The position numbers were made by a program, and so were the translations under genes. This document shows positions 41,937 to 51,643 of a stretch of DNA of 62,096 bases, piece by piece. A model generated the notes under the pieces. The model did not search any database, had not been told where the DNA came from, and saw only the letters and a list, made by a program, of their open reading frames with translations. The DNA is from Candidatus Methylomirabilia bacterium. Lineage in GTDB: Bacteria > Methylomirabilota > Methylomirabilia > Rokubacteriales > CSP1-6. The DNA lies in the NCBI GenBank assembly GCA_041497895.1, contig JBGQHJ010000008.1:1-62096 (forward strand). The letters run 5' to 3'. Each line of letters begins with the position of its first letter. Position 1 is the first letter of the stretch.

Positions 41937-42956
41937 TTGAGTAGGCGGTCTCACCGCCGCCGGCATTCGGGTAATCGACCGCCGCAGGGACAGGGACAAG
42001 GCCCAGGGCAAGGCCAGGGCCAAGGACAAGGACAGGGACAAGGGCCACGCGGGCCAATGCCTCCGCGCCCCCCGTCCCGCCCTCCCGTTCCCTCCCTCTT
42101 CGAAGGCCTCACCGCGGTCCAGCCGTACGAGAAGCTGAAGCTCGAGACCACCGCGGATCAGCTGTCCATGCGGGCGCTCGACATGATCGCGCCCATCGGA
42201 CGGGGCCAGCGCGGGCTCATCGTGGCCCCGCCGCGGACCGGCAAGACCATCCTGCTGCAGCAGATCGCGAAGGCGGTCCTCGCCAACCACCCCGAGGTCG
42301 CGGTGATCGTGCTACTCGTGGACGAGCGGCCCGAGGAGGTCACCGACTTCAAGATGCAGATCGGCAAGCAGTCGGAGATCGTGGCGTCGAGCAACGACAA
42401 TCCCTACCGCCGCCACATCGAGGTGACCGAGCAGGTGCTCGACCGGGCGAAGCGGATGGTCGAGGAGAAGCGCGACGTGCTGATCCTCTTCGACTCGCTC
42501 ACCCGCATGACCCGCGCCTACAACAACGAGCTCTCCTCGCGGGGGCGCACCATGTCCGGCGGCATCGACAGCCGCGCGTTCCAGATGCCGCGCGCCTTCT
42601 TCGGGGCCGCCCGCAAGCTCGAGGAGGGCGGCTCGCTCACCATCATCGGCACCGTCCTGGTGGACACCGGCTCGCGGATGGACCAGATCATCTTCGAGGA
42701 GTTCAAGGGCACCGGCAACATGGAGCTCTACCTCTCGCGCGAGCTGGCCGACCGGCGCATCTTCCCCTCGTTCGACCTGATGCGGTCGGGCACCCGCCGG
42801 GAGGAGCTGCTCTTCTCCGAGGAGGAGATGAAGAAGATCCACCTGCTGCGACGGGCCCTGTCCGGCACCAAGCCGCAGGAGGCGATGGAGGCCATGCTCG
42901 GTCGTCTGAAGCTCACCGCCACCAACAAGGACTTCTTGAAGGGGCTCGGCGCCTAG
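41937..42956 (+). CDS. rho: Rho-family ATPase lacking the N-terminal RNA-binding domain
   Basis: GRGQRGLIVAPPRTGKT, LLVDERPEEVTD, DSLTR, MSGG, FKGTGNME, SGTRREE. Only about 50 low-complexity residues precede the ATPase. An in-frame TGA at 41925 precludes a longer N-terminus. Confidence 0.9.
   Translation: MSRRSHRRRHSGNRPPQGQGQGPGQGQGQGQGQGQGPRGPMPPRPPSRPPVPSLFEGLTAVQPYEKLKLETTADQLSMRALDMIAPIGRGQRGLIVAPPRTGKTILLQQIAKAVLANHPEVAVIVLLVDERPEEVTDFKMQIGKQSEIVASSNDNPYRRHIEVTEQVLDRAKRMVEEKRDVLILFDSLTRMTRAYNNELSSRGRTMSGGIDSRAFQMPRAFFGAARKLEEGGSLTIIGTVLVDTGSRMDQIIFEEFKGTGNMELYLSRELADRRIFPSFDLMRSGTRREELLFSEEEMKKIHLLRRALSGTKPQEAMEAMLGRLKLTATNKDFLKGLGA
41985..42044 (+). repeat. (QG)n dipeptide repeat in the Rho N-tail
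   Basis: 20 codons encoding QGQGQGPGQGQGQGQGQGQG with mixed CAG/CAA and GGA/GGC/GGG codons. Confidence 0.95.
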
Positions 42957-43330
42957 CGCATCGGCCCCACGATCTTACCGACCATCTGGCGGAGCTGGCC
43001 CAGGGTGAAGGGCTTCTCGATGACCGGGATCCCGGTGGTGCGCAGGAACGGGCCGTAGTCTGCCGAGTTCGCCTGGGCGGTCACGAAGACGATGCGCTTG
43101 AGCACCTGCGGATAATCGCGCTGGACTTCTTCGTAGAGGGCCTGGCCGTCCATCTCGGGCATCCGGAGATCGCAGAACACCAGGTCGAAGCGGTTCCGGC
43201 CGATCAGGTCGAGGCCTTCCTTGCCGTTCTCCGCGGTGTGGACGTCGTGACCTTCGATCTTGAGCGCGTCCGAGATCAGCTCGCGGACGGCGCGCTCGTC
43301 GTCGATCACCAAGATCCGGGCTCGTCCCAT
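42953..43330 (-). CDS. Single-domain response regulator
   Basis: ILVIDDE, FCDLRMPEMDG, KPF. Confidence 0.93.
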   Translation of the reverse strand: MGRARILVIDDERAVRELISDALKIEGHDVHTAENGKEGLDLIGRNRFDLVFCDLRMPEMDGQALYEEVQRDYPQVLKRIVFVTAQANSADYGPFLRTTGIPVIEKPFTLGQLRQMVGKIVGPMR

Positions 43331-43401
43331 TGATGGCCCCCGTGACGGTTGACGTGGTCGCGGTTCGGGCTATTCTACGACGGGGAGGCGCATAACCTCT
43401 A

Positions 43402-44427
43402 ATGACTGGGCACCGGACCGACCGTCGAGCCTTCATCGCGAGCGTGGCGACGGGGATGCTGCTGGTGCGGAGCAGCGCCCTCGCGCGATCCCCCGCGCCA
43501 CCGCCTCCGGCCGCGACCCTGTCCGCCCGGCCCCGGCGGATCGGCTTCCTCACCCCGTCGGCGGTCTCGCCCCGCGGGATCATGCCCGACATGCGCCAGA
43601 AGCTGCGCGAGCTGGGCTACGTGGAGGGGCGCGATCTGCAGTTCGTGATCCGATCGGCCAACGAGGACTTCGAGCGCCTTCCCGATCTGGCCGCCGACCT
43701 GGTCCGCTCCGGGGTGGAGCTGATCATCGCGGTGTCCTCGCCCGCGATCCGGGCCGCCGAGAACGCGACCTCCACGATCCCGATCGTGATGGTGAGCGGC
43801 ACCGATCCGGTGGCGGGCCTGTTCGTGGCGAGCCTCGCCCGCCCGGAGGGCAACGTGACCGGGCTCACCACCTACGTGCCCGAGCTGGCCGGCAAGCGCC
43901 TGGAGCTGCTCCGCGAGTGCGTGCCGGGCCTGCGCCGGGTGGCGATCCTGGCCAACCTGCGTAACCCGAGCAGCGGGACCGAGGTGAAGGAGATGGAGAC
44001 CGCCGCGCGGACGATCTCGATCGAGATCCACGTGGCGGACGCCCGTCTGCCCGAGCAGTACTCCGACGCCTTCGAGTCCATCAGCCGGGGCGGCTGGCAG
44101 GCCCTGGTGGTCACCGCGGATCCGGTGCTGGGGAGCAACCGGGATCGGATCGTGCACCTCGCGGCGCGCCACCGGCTGCCCACCATGTACGAGTGGAAGG
44201 AGATCGTGGAGGCGGGCGGGCTCATGTCCTACGGCCCGAGCCTGGCCGACGTCAACGGCCGGGTCGCGGTCTACGTGGACAAGATCCTGAGGGGCGCCAA
44301 CCCGGCCTCGCTCCCGGTGGAGCGGCCCACCCGCTTCGAGCTCGCGCTCAACCTCAAGACCGCGGCCAGCCTCGGCCTCAAGATCCCGGGGCCGGTGGTG
44401 GCCCGCGCCGACCGCGTCTTCAAGTAG
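43402..44427 (+). CDS. Orphan ABC substrate-binding protein (ABC_sub_bind type)
   Basis: DRRAFI signal, SLARPEGNVTG, YVDKILRGANPASLPVERPTRFEL. Confidence 0.92.
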   Translation: MTGHRTDRRAFIASVATGMLLVRSSALARSPAPPPPAATLSARPRRIGFLTPSAVSPRGIMPDMRQKLRELGYVEGRDLQFVIRSANEDFERLPDLAADLVRSGVELIIAVSSPAIRAAENATSTIPIVMVSGTDPVAGLFVASLARPEGNVTGLTTYVPELAGKRLELLRECVPGLRRVAILANLRNPSSGTEVKEMETAARTISIEIHVADARLPEQYSDAFESISRGGWQALVVTADPVLGSNRDRIVHLAARHRLPTMYEWKEIVEAGGLMSYGPSLADVNGRVAVYVDKILRGANPASLPVERPTRFELALNLKTAASLGLKIPGPVVARADRVFK

Positions 44428-44449
44428 CTCCGCGCCGGCGGCGGGAAGG

Positions 44450-45709
44450 TCAAGCCCGGGGCCGCGGGAACACGAACTTCTGCTCGGCCACGTCCCTGGG
44501 CCACACCACGCGCGGCGCCTGCCCGAGGATCTGCAGCATCGCGGTGGAGGCGTTGGGGTTGTCGCCCATCTCGTTGAAGACCACCGGGCCGGTGGAGACG
44601 GTGACCCCGCCCGCGAAGCTCGTCTTCCGGATGGCGGCCACCACCGCGTCGGGATCGGTGGAGGCGGCGCGTTCCAGCACGTCCGCGATGACCTGGATCG
44701 CCTCGTAGGAGTAGGCCCCGCTCGCGTCGAAGTGGCGCCCGCCCGAGCGCTTGGCGTACTCCGCCGCGATCCTCTGCGTTTCCGGCTTGCGGTAGTTCGC
44801 GTAGACCGTGCAGTCCATCACGTACTCGATCCTGTCCTTGAGCGGCTGGATCTGCCGGGTCTCGTAGAGCCCGGGGGCGCCGGGGCTGATCACGCCCATC
44901 AGCTCGGTTCGCTGCCGCGCTAGCTCCTCCAGCAGCAGGATCGCGGTGGCGGGACGGGTGACCGGGGCCAGCACGTCCGGCCGGGCCGCGCGGGCCCGCG
45001 CGACCTCGGTGGAGAGATCGACCGCGTTCTCGGGGTAGGGGATGACGTCGACCACCTCGAAGCCGGGACTGGCCGCCTTGATCGCGGCCTGGAAGCTGTC
45101 GGTCTGGGTCTTGCCGAAGAGGTCGTTGCTGTACATGAGCACGAGCCGCTTCGGGCTCGCCTTCGCCTCGCGGAAGATCTCGGTCATGTAGCGGACCGCG
45201 TTGCGGCCGAAGGTGACGCTGCCCGGGAAGATCCGGTAGACGTACTGGGTCTTCTGCTGGCTCTCCCGCACCGACCTGGCCGCGTTGGCGGTGGGCGCGT
45301 CCGCGGCCGAGATGTCGATGACGTACGGGACCCGGCGCTGCTGGGCCAGGAGCGAGATCGTGGCCACGTGGGCCGAGTGATACGCCCCGGTCATGATCTG
45401 GGCGCCCGCGTTGATGAGGCGGTCGGCCTCCGAGCGCGCCACGTCGGCCTTGGTCTCGCTGTCCGCGGTCAGGAGCTCGAGCCGCGCGCCGCCGAGCGAC
45501 ATCACCCCGCCCGCCGCGTTGATCGCCTCGACCGCGAGCTGGGCGCCCAGGCGCGAGTCCTGCCCGACGTCGGCCATCGGCCCGCTCACCGGGCACACCA
45601 TGCCGATCTTCACGGTGCGGGGCTGGGCCCGCAGGAGCGTGGGGACGCCGACGGCGGCCGCCGTCAGCCCGCCGAGGAACGTCCGCCGCGTGGCCCGGGT
45701 CCGGGTCAT
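44450..45709 (-). CDS. Branched-chain amino-acid-type ABC substrate-binding protein (Tat signal)
   Basis: TRRTFL, VKIG...PVSG, AVEAINAAGG, GAYHS. Confidence 0.9.
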   Translation of the reverse strand: MTRTRATRRTFLGGLTAAAVGVPTLLRAQPRTVKIGMVCPVSGPMADVGQDSRLGAQLAVEAINAAGGVMSLGGARLELLTADSETKADVARSEADRLINAGAQIMTGAYHSAHVATISLLAQQRRVPYVIDISAADAPTANAARSVRESQQKTQYVYRIFPGSVTFGRNAVRYMTEIFREAKASPKRLVLMYSNDLFGKTQTDSFQAAIKAASPGFEVVDVIPYPENAVDLSTEVARARAARPDVLAPVTRPATAILLLEELARQRTELMGVISPGAPGLYETRQIQPLKDRIEYVMDCTVYANYRKPETQRIAAEYAKRSGGRHFDASGAYSYEAIQVIADVLERAASTDPDAVVAAIRKTSFAGGVTVSTGPVVFNEMGDNPNASTAMLQILGQAPRVVWPRDVAEQKFVFPRPRA

Positions 45710-45722
45710 CGGGCCTTCCTCC

Positions 45723-46193
45723 TCAGGTCACCGCGTAGAAATCGAGGATCACCGCCTCGGGCCGGCGCACCGCCGAGCCCACCGCGACCAGGTCGTTGAG
45801 CCAGCCGTACCCGGGCGCCCCGGTCTCGAAGCGCGGGGTCGTCCGGAAGTAGTACGCGGCGGGGTCGACCGGCTCGCCGCGGCCGAGCCGCGCCAGGATC
45901 TCGGGCGGCCCGCAGCGCACGCCGACGTTGCGCACGTAGATCAGCGCCCCGTCGGCGGTGCGCACCGTGTAGCGCGCCTCGAGCGCGGCGCCGCCGTCGC
46001 CGCGCACGATCTGCCAGTCGGCCCCGCCCGGCAGCACCACGCCCTGCAGGCGCGGGCCCTCGACGCGCCCGCCGGTGATCGGGATGATGCGGCGCCGGCC
46101 GAGCGGCGTGTCGCCCACCACGAGGGGCGCCGCGATCTCCACCGTCGCCCGGCACAGGTGTTCGAGGCGCGGCGTCACCGGCTCGAGGGTCAT
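45723..46193 (-). CDS. DUF3237 family protein
   Basis: GRRRIIPITGG, GGADWQ, YYFRTTPRFETG...WLN. Confidence 0.88.
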   Translation of the reverse strand: MTLEPVTPRLEHLCRATVEIAAPLVVGDTPLGRRRIIPITGGRVEGPRLQGVVLPGGADWQIVRGDGGAALEARYTVRTADGALIYVRNVGVRCGPPEILARLGRGEPVDPAAYYFRTTPRFETGAPGYGWLNDLVAVGSAVRRPEAVILDFYAVT

Positions 46194-46226
46194 GGCGCCC
46201 GAGACAGTAGCATGGATAATCCGATC

Positions 46227-47843
46227 ATGGAGAGCACCGAGACGCGGAGCCGGTACGACGTCATCGTGGTGGGGGCGGGCCACAACGGGCTGGTGGCCGC
46301 GTGCTACCTGGCGCGCGCGGGGCGCCGGGTCCTGGTCCTCGAGCGCCGGTCGCTGGTGGGCGGGGCCTGCGTCACCGAGGAGACCTTTCCCGGCTACAAG
46401 GTCTCCACCGCGGCCTACGTCAACAGTCTCTTCCGCAAGGAGATCGTCCGGGACCTGCGTCTCGGCGAGTACGGCTTCGAGGTGCTGGCCCGCAACCCGT
46501 CGTCGTTCACCCCGCTGCCCGACGGGCGCTCGCTCACCCTCGGCCCCGACGCCGAGTGGACCCGTCGCGAGATCGCCAAGTTCAGCGCGCGCGACGCGGC
46601 CCGCTACCCGGAGTACGAGGCGATGCTCGAGCGGGTCGCCGCCTTCGTCGAGCCCACGCTCGCCATGACCCCGCCCGACCTGCTGCGCCCGCGGGCGCGC
46701 GATCTGCTGCGGCTCCTGGGCCTCGGCCGCGCGTTCGGCCGTCTGGGCGACCAGGCCTCGGAGGCGGTGGAGCTGCTCACCGGGCCCGCGCGCCCCATCC
46801 TGGACCGCTGGTTCGAGTCGGCCGAGCTCAAGGCGACGCTCGCCACCGACGCGATCATCGGGGCGATGGCGAGCCCGTCCACGCCCGGCACCGGCTACGT
46901 GCTCTTCCACCACGTGATGGGCGAGACCGACGGCCGCCGCGGGGTATGGGGCTACGTGCGGGGCGGCATGGGCGGGCTCACCCAGGCCCTCGCCCGCGCC
47001 GCCCGCGACCTGGGGGTTGAGATCCGGTGCGACGCGGAGGTGACGCGCATCCTGGTGCGCGACGGGCGCGTGACCGGCGTCGCGCTCGCCGACGGCGAGG
47101 AGCCGCGCGCTCCGGTGGTGGCGAGCAACGCCGACGCCCACGTGACGTTCCTGCGCCTGCTTTCCCCCGGCGCGCTGCCGCCCGCGTTCCGGGACGCGGT
47201 GGGCCGCATCTCCTACGAGAGCGCCTCGCTCAAGATCAACGTGGCGCTCGCCGAGCTGCCCGACTTCACGGCCTGCCCGGGAAGCGCGCCGGGCCCGCAG
47301 CACCGCGGAACCATCCACGTCTGCCCGGATCTCGACTACATCGAGCGGGCCTACGACGACGCCAAGTACGGCCGGCCCTCCGCGCGGCCGGTGCTCGAGT
47401 GCACCATCCCCTCGGTGGTGGACCCCACGGTGGCCCCGCCGGGCCGGCACCTGATGTCGATCTTCGTGCAGTACGCGCCCTACGCGCTGCGCGACGGGGA
47501 CTGGGACACGATGCGCGAGCCCTTCGCCGACCGGTGCTTCGCCCTGCTCGACGAGTACGCGCCCAACTTCAGCCGCTCGGTGCTGGCCCGGCAGGTGCTG
47601 GCTCCGCCCGATCTCGAGCGCGTGTTCGGGCTCACCGGGGGCAACATCTTCCAGGGCGCGATGACCCCGGGCCAGCTCTTCTCGCTGCGCCCGGTGCCCG
47701 GTCACGCCGGCTACCGCACCCCGGTGCGCGGCCTCTACCTCTGCGGGGCGGCCGCCCACCCGGGCGGCGGGGTCATGGGCACGCCTGGTTACAACGCGGC
47801 GCGGGAGATCCTGCGCGCGCGCCGGCCGCGGCTCACCACTTGA
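46227..47843 (+). CDS. Phytoene-dehydrogenase-like FAD oxidoreductase
   Basis: VVGAGHNGLVAA, GGACVTEE, GGMG, GLYLCGAAAHPGGGVMG. Confidence 0.92.
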   Translation: MESTETRSRYDVIVVGAGHNGLVAACYLARAGRRVLVLERRSLVGGACVTEETFPGYKVSTAAYVNSLFRKEIVRDLRLGEYGFEVLARNPSSFTPLPDGRSLTLGPDAEWTRREIAKFSARDAARYPEYEAMLERVAAFVEPTLAMTPPDLLRPRARDLLRLLGLGRAFGRLGDQASEAVELLTGPARPILDRWFESAELKATLATDAIIGAMASPSTPGTGYVLFHHVMGETDGRRGVWGYVRGGMGGLTQALARAARDLGVEIRCDAEVTRILVRDGRVTGVALADGEEPRAPVVASNADAHVTFLRLLSPGALPPAFRDAVGRISYESASLKINVALAELPDFTACPGSAPGPQHRGTIHVCPDLDYIERAYDDAKYGRPSARPVLECTIPSVVDPTVAPPGRHLMSIFVQYAPYALRDGDWDTMREPFADRCFALLDEYAPNFSRSVLARQVLAPPDLERVFGLTGGNIFQGAMTPGQLFSLRPVPGHAGYRTPVRGLYLCGAAAHPGGGVMGTPGYNAAREILRARRPRLTT

Positions 47844-50187
47844 AGATCGACAGGAGGTTGTGGAAGTCGTCGGTCCAGGCGGAGACCGCCGGCTCCACGT
47901 CCAGGCGCGTCTGCGTCCAGCGGGAGTCGGACGCCAGCTCGCCGAAGTCCTCCGTCCGCCGGGCCAGGATCGCCCAGCTCGCCTCGACCGCGCCGCGAAT
48001 GTCGTCGGTGCCGCCGTCCTGGAGCATGCGCGCGTAGTGCCCCTCCTCGGCGAGGGCCGCCACCACCGGCTCGAGGCGCAGGTAGCGGTTGGAGATGTGG
48101 AGCGCCAGGATGCCGCGGGGCCCCAGCAGATCGAAGTAGAGGCGGAGCGCCTCGCGGGTGAGCAGGTGGACCGGGATCGCGTCCGAGCTGAACGCGTCCA
48201 CCAGGATCACGTCGTAGCGCTCCTCGGGCCGGTCCCGCCGGACCGCTTCCATGCGGATGCGCGCGTCGCCCAGCTCGAGCCGCACGGTCACCGCGCGGTC
48301 GCGCGCGTCGGTGACGTAGGTGAAGTAGGCCGGGTCGAAGGCGACGTCGCGCACGAGCCGGTCGATCTCGTAGAAGGTGATGCGGTCGCCCGGCCGCGCG
48401 TAGGCGGCGAGGGTGCCGGTGCCGAGCCCGACCACCGCCATGTGCCGGCTGCCCGGGCGGCGGTCGAGCTCGGCGAAGAGCTGGCCGATCGGGCCTTTGC
48501 GCTGGTAGTAGGACAGAGGCTCCGCGCGCCGGGAAGGTTCGAGGCTCTGGCGCCCGTGGAGCGTGGTGCCGTGGCGCAGCTCGGTGTAGCCCTTCGGGTC
48601 GCGGTCTCGCGAGATGCGGAGCACGCCGAAGAAGGACCGGCTCTGCCGGATCTGGTCGCTGTTGCGCGCGTCCACGAAGCCCGAGATCAGCAGGACCGAG
48701 GCCAGGGCCAGGCCCAGGTGGAGCGGGCGGCGGCGCAGGAACCACGCCACCGCCAGCGGCGGCCCGTAGATCAGCAGCTTGTTCACGAGGCGCTCGGCGG
48801 GGTCGAGCCAGTCGCTGACTCGATCCGCGCTCAGGTCGAGCACGCGCTCCAGGAACGCGAAGTCGACGCGGAGGGTGGCCGATTCCGAGTAGAGCACGAG
48901 CGCGAGCGCGGCCGCCGCCGCCACCGCGAGCAGCGCGCGCCGCGCGCCTCCGCCCGGGCCGAGCGCGGCGCTCCGCGTCGCGGCGAGGAGCACGCAGGCC
49001 AGCACCATCATCAGCGGGTACTCGATCAGCGAGGAGAAGACGAGCGGGGCCACCAGGGCGTTGAACAGCCCGCCCAGCACGCCGCCCACCGAGATCAGCA
49101 GGTAGAACTCGGTGAGGTGCCGGGGGCCCGGGCGGTCGAGCGCGAGGGCCCCGTGGCACGCGAGCGCGAGGACGAAGAGCAGGCCGAAGTGCCAGAGCAC
49201 GATGACCCAGATGCGCTCGGGCAGCGCCGAGACCATGAGAAAGATCACGAGGAGGGTCAAGGGGAGCGCGAGCGCCACCACCAGGTGATGGAGCAGTCGC
49301 GGCCAGCGCCCGAAGGCCAGGATGAAGGTCAGCAGGTAGATGGCGAGCGGCAGCACCCAGAGCAGGGGCACCGCGGCCAGGTCGGTGGTGATGTAGGTGG
49401 TGACGCCGAGGAGCAGGCTCGACGGCACGAGGGCGAGCACGATCCAGTAGAGCCGCCGCGCCCACCGGGGGCGCTCTTCGACCGGAGCCGGCGCGGCCTC
49501 CGCCTCCGCCGAGGCGGCCGCCGGCCCCGCGGCCGGCTTCAGCCAGAGGGTGAGCGCGCAGAGCGCGGTCAGGACGGCGAGCAGGCCGTAGCCCACGCTC
49601 CACAGCGCGGTCTGGCCGAGCCAGCTCGATCCCTGCAGGTGCAGGCGCGGCTCCACCAGGGTGGGATAGCCCAGCAGCGCGAGCATGCTGCCGAGATTGC
49701 TCGCCGCGTAGAGGAAGTACGGATCGCGCGCGGCGGGGTGCCCGGTGTGGGTGAACCACTTCTGGAGCAGCGGGGCGGTGGCGCTGACGACCAGGAAGGG
49801 CAGGCCCACCGAGAGCGAGAGCAGCGTCAGCACGTCGAGGATCGGGTTGGCCTCGCCGCCCCTCAGCAGGCGCGGGTTCACCGCGAGCGGCAGGACCGCG
49901 AACGGCAGCGCGAGGGCGACGACGTGGACCAGCACCTGACGCGAGGGCCGCAGCCGGGTGGTCAGCGCGTGCGCGTACGCGTAGCCGCCGAGCAGCGCGG
50001 CCTGGAAGAACACCATGCAGGTGCTCCAGACCGCGGGAGTGCCGCCGAGCAGGGGCAGGATCATCTTGCCCACCATCGGCTGCATCACGAAGAGGAGGGT
50101 GGCTCCCGTGAACAGGGTGAGCGAGTAGAGCAGCAGGACGGCGGTCAGACTCCGGATCCCCCAGTGGCCGCCTCCGGGCGGCGGCAC
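47833..50187 (-). CDS. Fused multi-TM / spermidine-synthase-like SAM methyltransferase
   Basis: LLPLLGGTPAVW, DPYFLYAASNLGS, HGTTLHG, VVGLGTG, DAFSSDAIPVHLLTREA. Start uncertain. Confidence 0.9.
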   Translation of the reverse strand: MPPPGGGHWGIRSLTAVLLLYSLTLFTGATLLFVMQPMVGKMILPLLGGTPAVWSTCMVFFQAALLGGYAYAHALTTRLRPSRQVLVHVVALALPFAVLPLAVNPRLLRGGEANPILDVLTLLSLSVGLPFLVVSATAPLLQKWFTHTGHPAARDPYFLYAASNLGSMLALLGYPTLVEPRLHLQGSSWLGQTALWSVGYGLLAVLTALCALTLWLKPAAGPAAASAEAEAAPAPVEERPRWARRLYWIVLALVPSSLLLGVTTYITTDLAAVPLLWVLPLAIYLLTFILAFGRWPRLLHHLVVALALPLTLLVIFLMVSALPERIWVIVLWHFGLLFVLALACHGALALDRPGPRHLTEFYLLISVGGVLGGLFNALVAPLVFSSLIEYPLMMVLACVLLAATRSAALGPGGGARRALLAVAAAAALALVLYSESATLRVDFAFLERVLDLSADRVSDWLDPAERLVNKLLIYGPPLAVAWFLRRRPLHLGLALASVLLISGFVDARNSDQIRQSRSFFGVLRISRDRDPKGYTELRHGTTLHGRQSLEPSRRAEPLSYYQRKGPIGQLFAELDRRPGSRHMAVVGLGTGTLAAYARPGDRITFYEIDRLVRDVAFDPAYFTYVTDARDRAVTVRLELGDARIRMEAVRRDRPEERYDVILVDAFSSDAIPVHLLTREALRLYFDLLGPRGILALHISNRYLRLEPVVAALAEEGHYARMLQDGGTDDIRGAVEASWAILARRTEDFGELASDSRWTQTRLDVEPAVSAWTDDFHNLLSIFKW

Positions 50188-50237
50188 GTAGCATAGCCGT
50201 ATCCGGGCCCGCGAGTCACGGTAGAATCGTCCCTGCG

Positions 50238-50939
50238 ATGCTCGCCCTGCAGCCCTCGCCCGGTCCCGTCCTCGGGTTCGGCGTCGAGACCTTCGCGTTC
50301 CGCAACGACAGCCGCATCCACCACCGGGGCAAGCCCGACATCTACTGCAATCGGTGTTTCCTGATGGCGCGGGCGGTCGGGCAGTTCCAGCGCTTCGCCC
50401 GCTTCGAGCCCGAGGCCGCGCGCCTCGAGCCCGCGGCGTATGCGGCGCGCGTATGGCGGGTGATTCGCCGCGCCGCGTGGCGGGCTCCGCTCCCCGCGGC
50501 CCACCGCGTGGTGATCCCGGGCTACGCCTCGCTCCACGCCTTCTCCGGCGCGGAGGAGGCCGCGGTCAAGGCCGGGCTGCGGGGACGCTTCTGGACGCTG
50601 GTGCACCCGACCAACTGGCGAATGACCTTCCCCTCGCTGCCGGGGCAGCAGGAGCGCGTGGCCCGCGAGACAGTCGCCGAGCTGCGGGCGAGCCGGCCGG
50701 TGCAGCTCTTCGTGACCGACTTCCCGCGGATCGAGCTGAACCACTCGGTGCTCGTCTTCGACTACCGGACGAGCGGGCCCGACACGGTGGACTTCGTGGT
50801 CTACGACCCCAACGATCCGTCCGCGCCGGGGGTCGTCCGCTTCGATCGCCGCGACGAGCGCTTCCACCCCGCGCCGCTCTGCGGCGTGACGGTTCCGCGC
50901 TTCCGCGCCTTCCGCCAGTACTACTCGCCGCTGTTCTAG
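50238..50939 (+). CDS. Hypothetical protein with papain-like Cys/His/Asp pattern
   Basis: YCNRCFLMA ... NHSVLVFDY ... VYDPN. Confidence 0.65.
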   Translation: MLALQPSPGPVLGFGVETFAFRNDSRIHHRGKPDIYCNRCFLMARAVGQFQRFARFEPEAARLEPAAYAARVWRVIRRAAWRAPLPAAHRVVIPGYASLHAFSGAEEAAVKAGLRGRFWTLVHPTNWRMTFPSLPGQQERVARETVAELRASRPVQLFVTDFPRIELNHSVLVFDYRTSGPDTVDFVVYDPNDPSAPGVVRFDRRDERFHPAPLCGVTVPRFRAFRQYYSPLF

Positions 50940-50957
50940 GCGGCCGCGCGGCCGCGC

Positions 50958-51434
50958 TCAGGGCCCCGGGCCCTCCAGCCGCCAGGCGGCGCCCTCTCGC
51001 CGCGCCACCTCCGGCTCGCGCTCCCAGGACAGCACGGTGGTCCAGGCGCCCAGGCCGCGCAGCCGTCCGGAAATCTCGCCGGTGGAGTACACCCAGGCCG
51101 CCCCGTTCACCATCCGCACCTCGTCGATACGCACCCGGGCCTGCACGGTGTCGTACAGGGCGAACATGGCCAGGAGATCGTCGCGGACGCTCGCCTTGGT
51201 GACCGGTCCGTTCCGGTAGCGATCGGAGACGTAGGCGAGCACCCCCGCGGTGTCCATGGCCTGGAACCGGCCGGTGGCCGCGACGAGCGTCTGCTGCAGC
51301 TCGCCCACCGTGGCGGACGTCGCGGCGGCCCCCGCGGGCGCCGGCGGCGCCTGGGCCCGCAGCGGACCGGCGGGCGCGCCGAGCGCGAGCGCGGTCAGCC
51401 AGAGCCCGAGCCGCCACCCGCGGCGACTAGGAAT
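50958..51434 (-). CDS. Exported NTF2/SnoaL-like protein, probable ATT start
   Basis: The frame of track ORF 50958-51308 extends upstream into a signal peptide (RRGWRLGLWLTALALG...LRA-Q) with no ATG/GTG/TTG. ATT at 51434 follows GGAG by 6 nt. Confidence 0.6.
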   Translation of the reverse strand: MPSRRGWRLGLWLTALALGAPAGPLRAQAPPAPAGAAATSATVGELQQTLVAATGRFQAMDTAGVLAYVSDRYRNGPVTKASVRDDLLAMFALYDTVQARVRIDEVRMVNGAAWVYSTGEISGRLRGLGAWTTVLSWEREPEVARREGAAWRLEGPGP

Positions 51435-51600
51435 GGGCGGCTCCGTTCTGTCGCCGCCACCGGGCCACCGCGCGGCCGAAGCGGAGCGCCCGAAGCGGGG
51501 ACTGCCCGCGGCGGCGCCCCTCCCGGTAGCTGCGCAGCACCGCCCACGCGAAGGCCACCGCGCGAGAGCGCCGCGCCAGCCGCTTGAAGCGTCGTGTCAT
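51427..51600 (-). CDS. Small Arg-rich hypothetical protein (57 aa)
   Basis: SD-like GAGGGAGG before ATG 51600. Its stop overlaps the downstream ATT start region. Confidence 0.5.
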   Translation of the reverse strand: MTRRFKRLARRSRAVAFAWAVLRSYREGRRRGQSPLRALRFGRAVARWRRQNGAAHS

Positions 51601-51643
51601 CGTCTCTTCCCTCCCTCGACGGAACAACTTACGGCCCGTCTTC

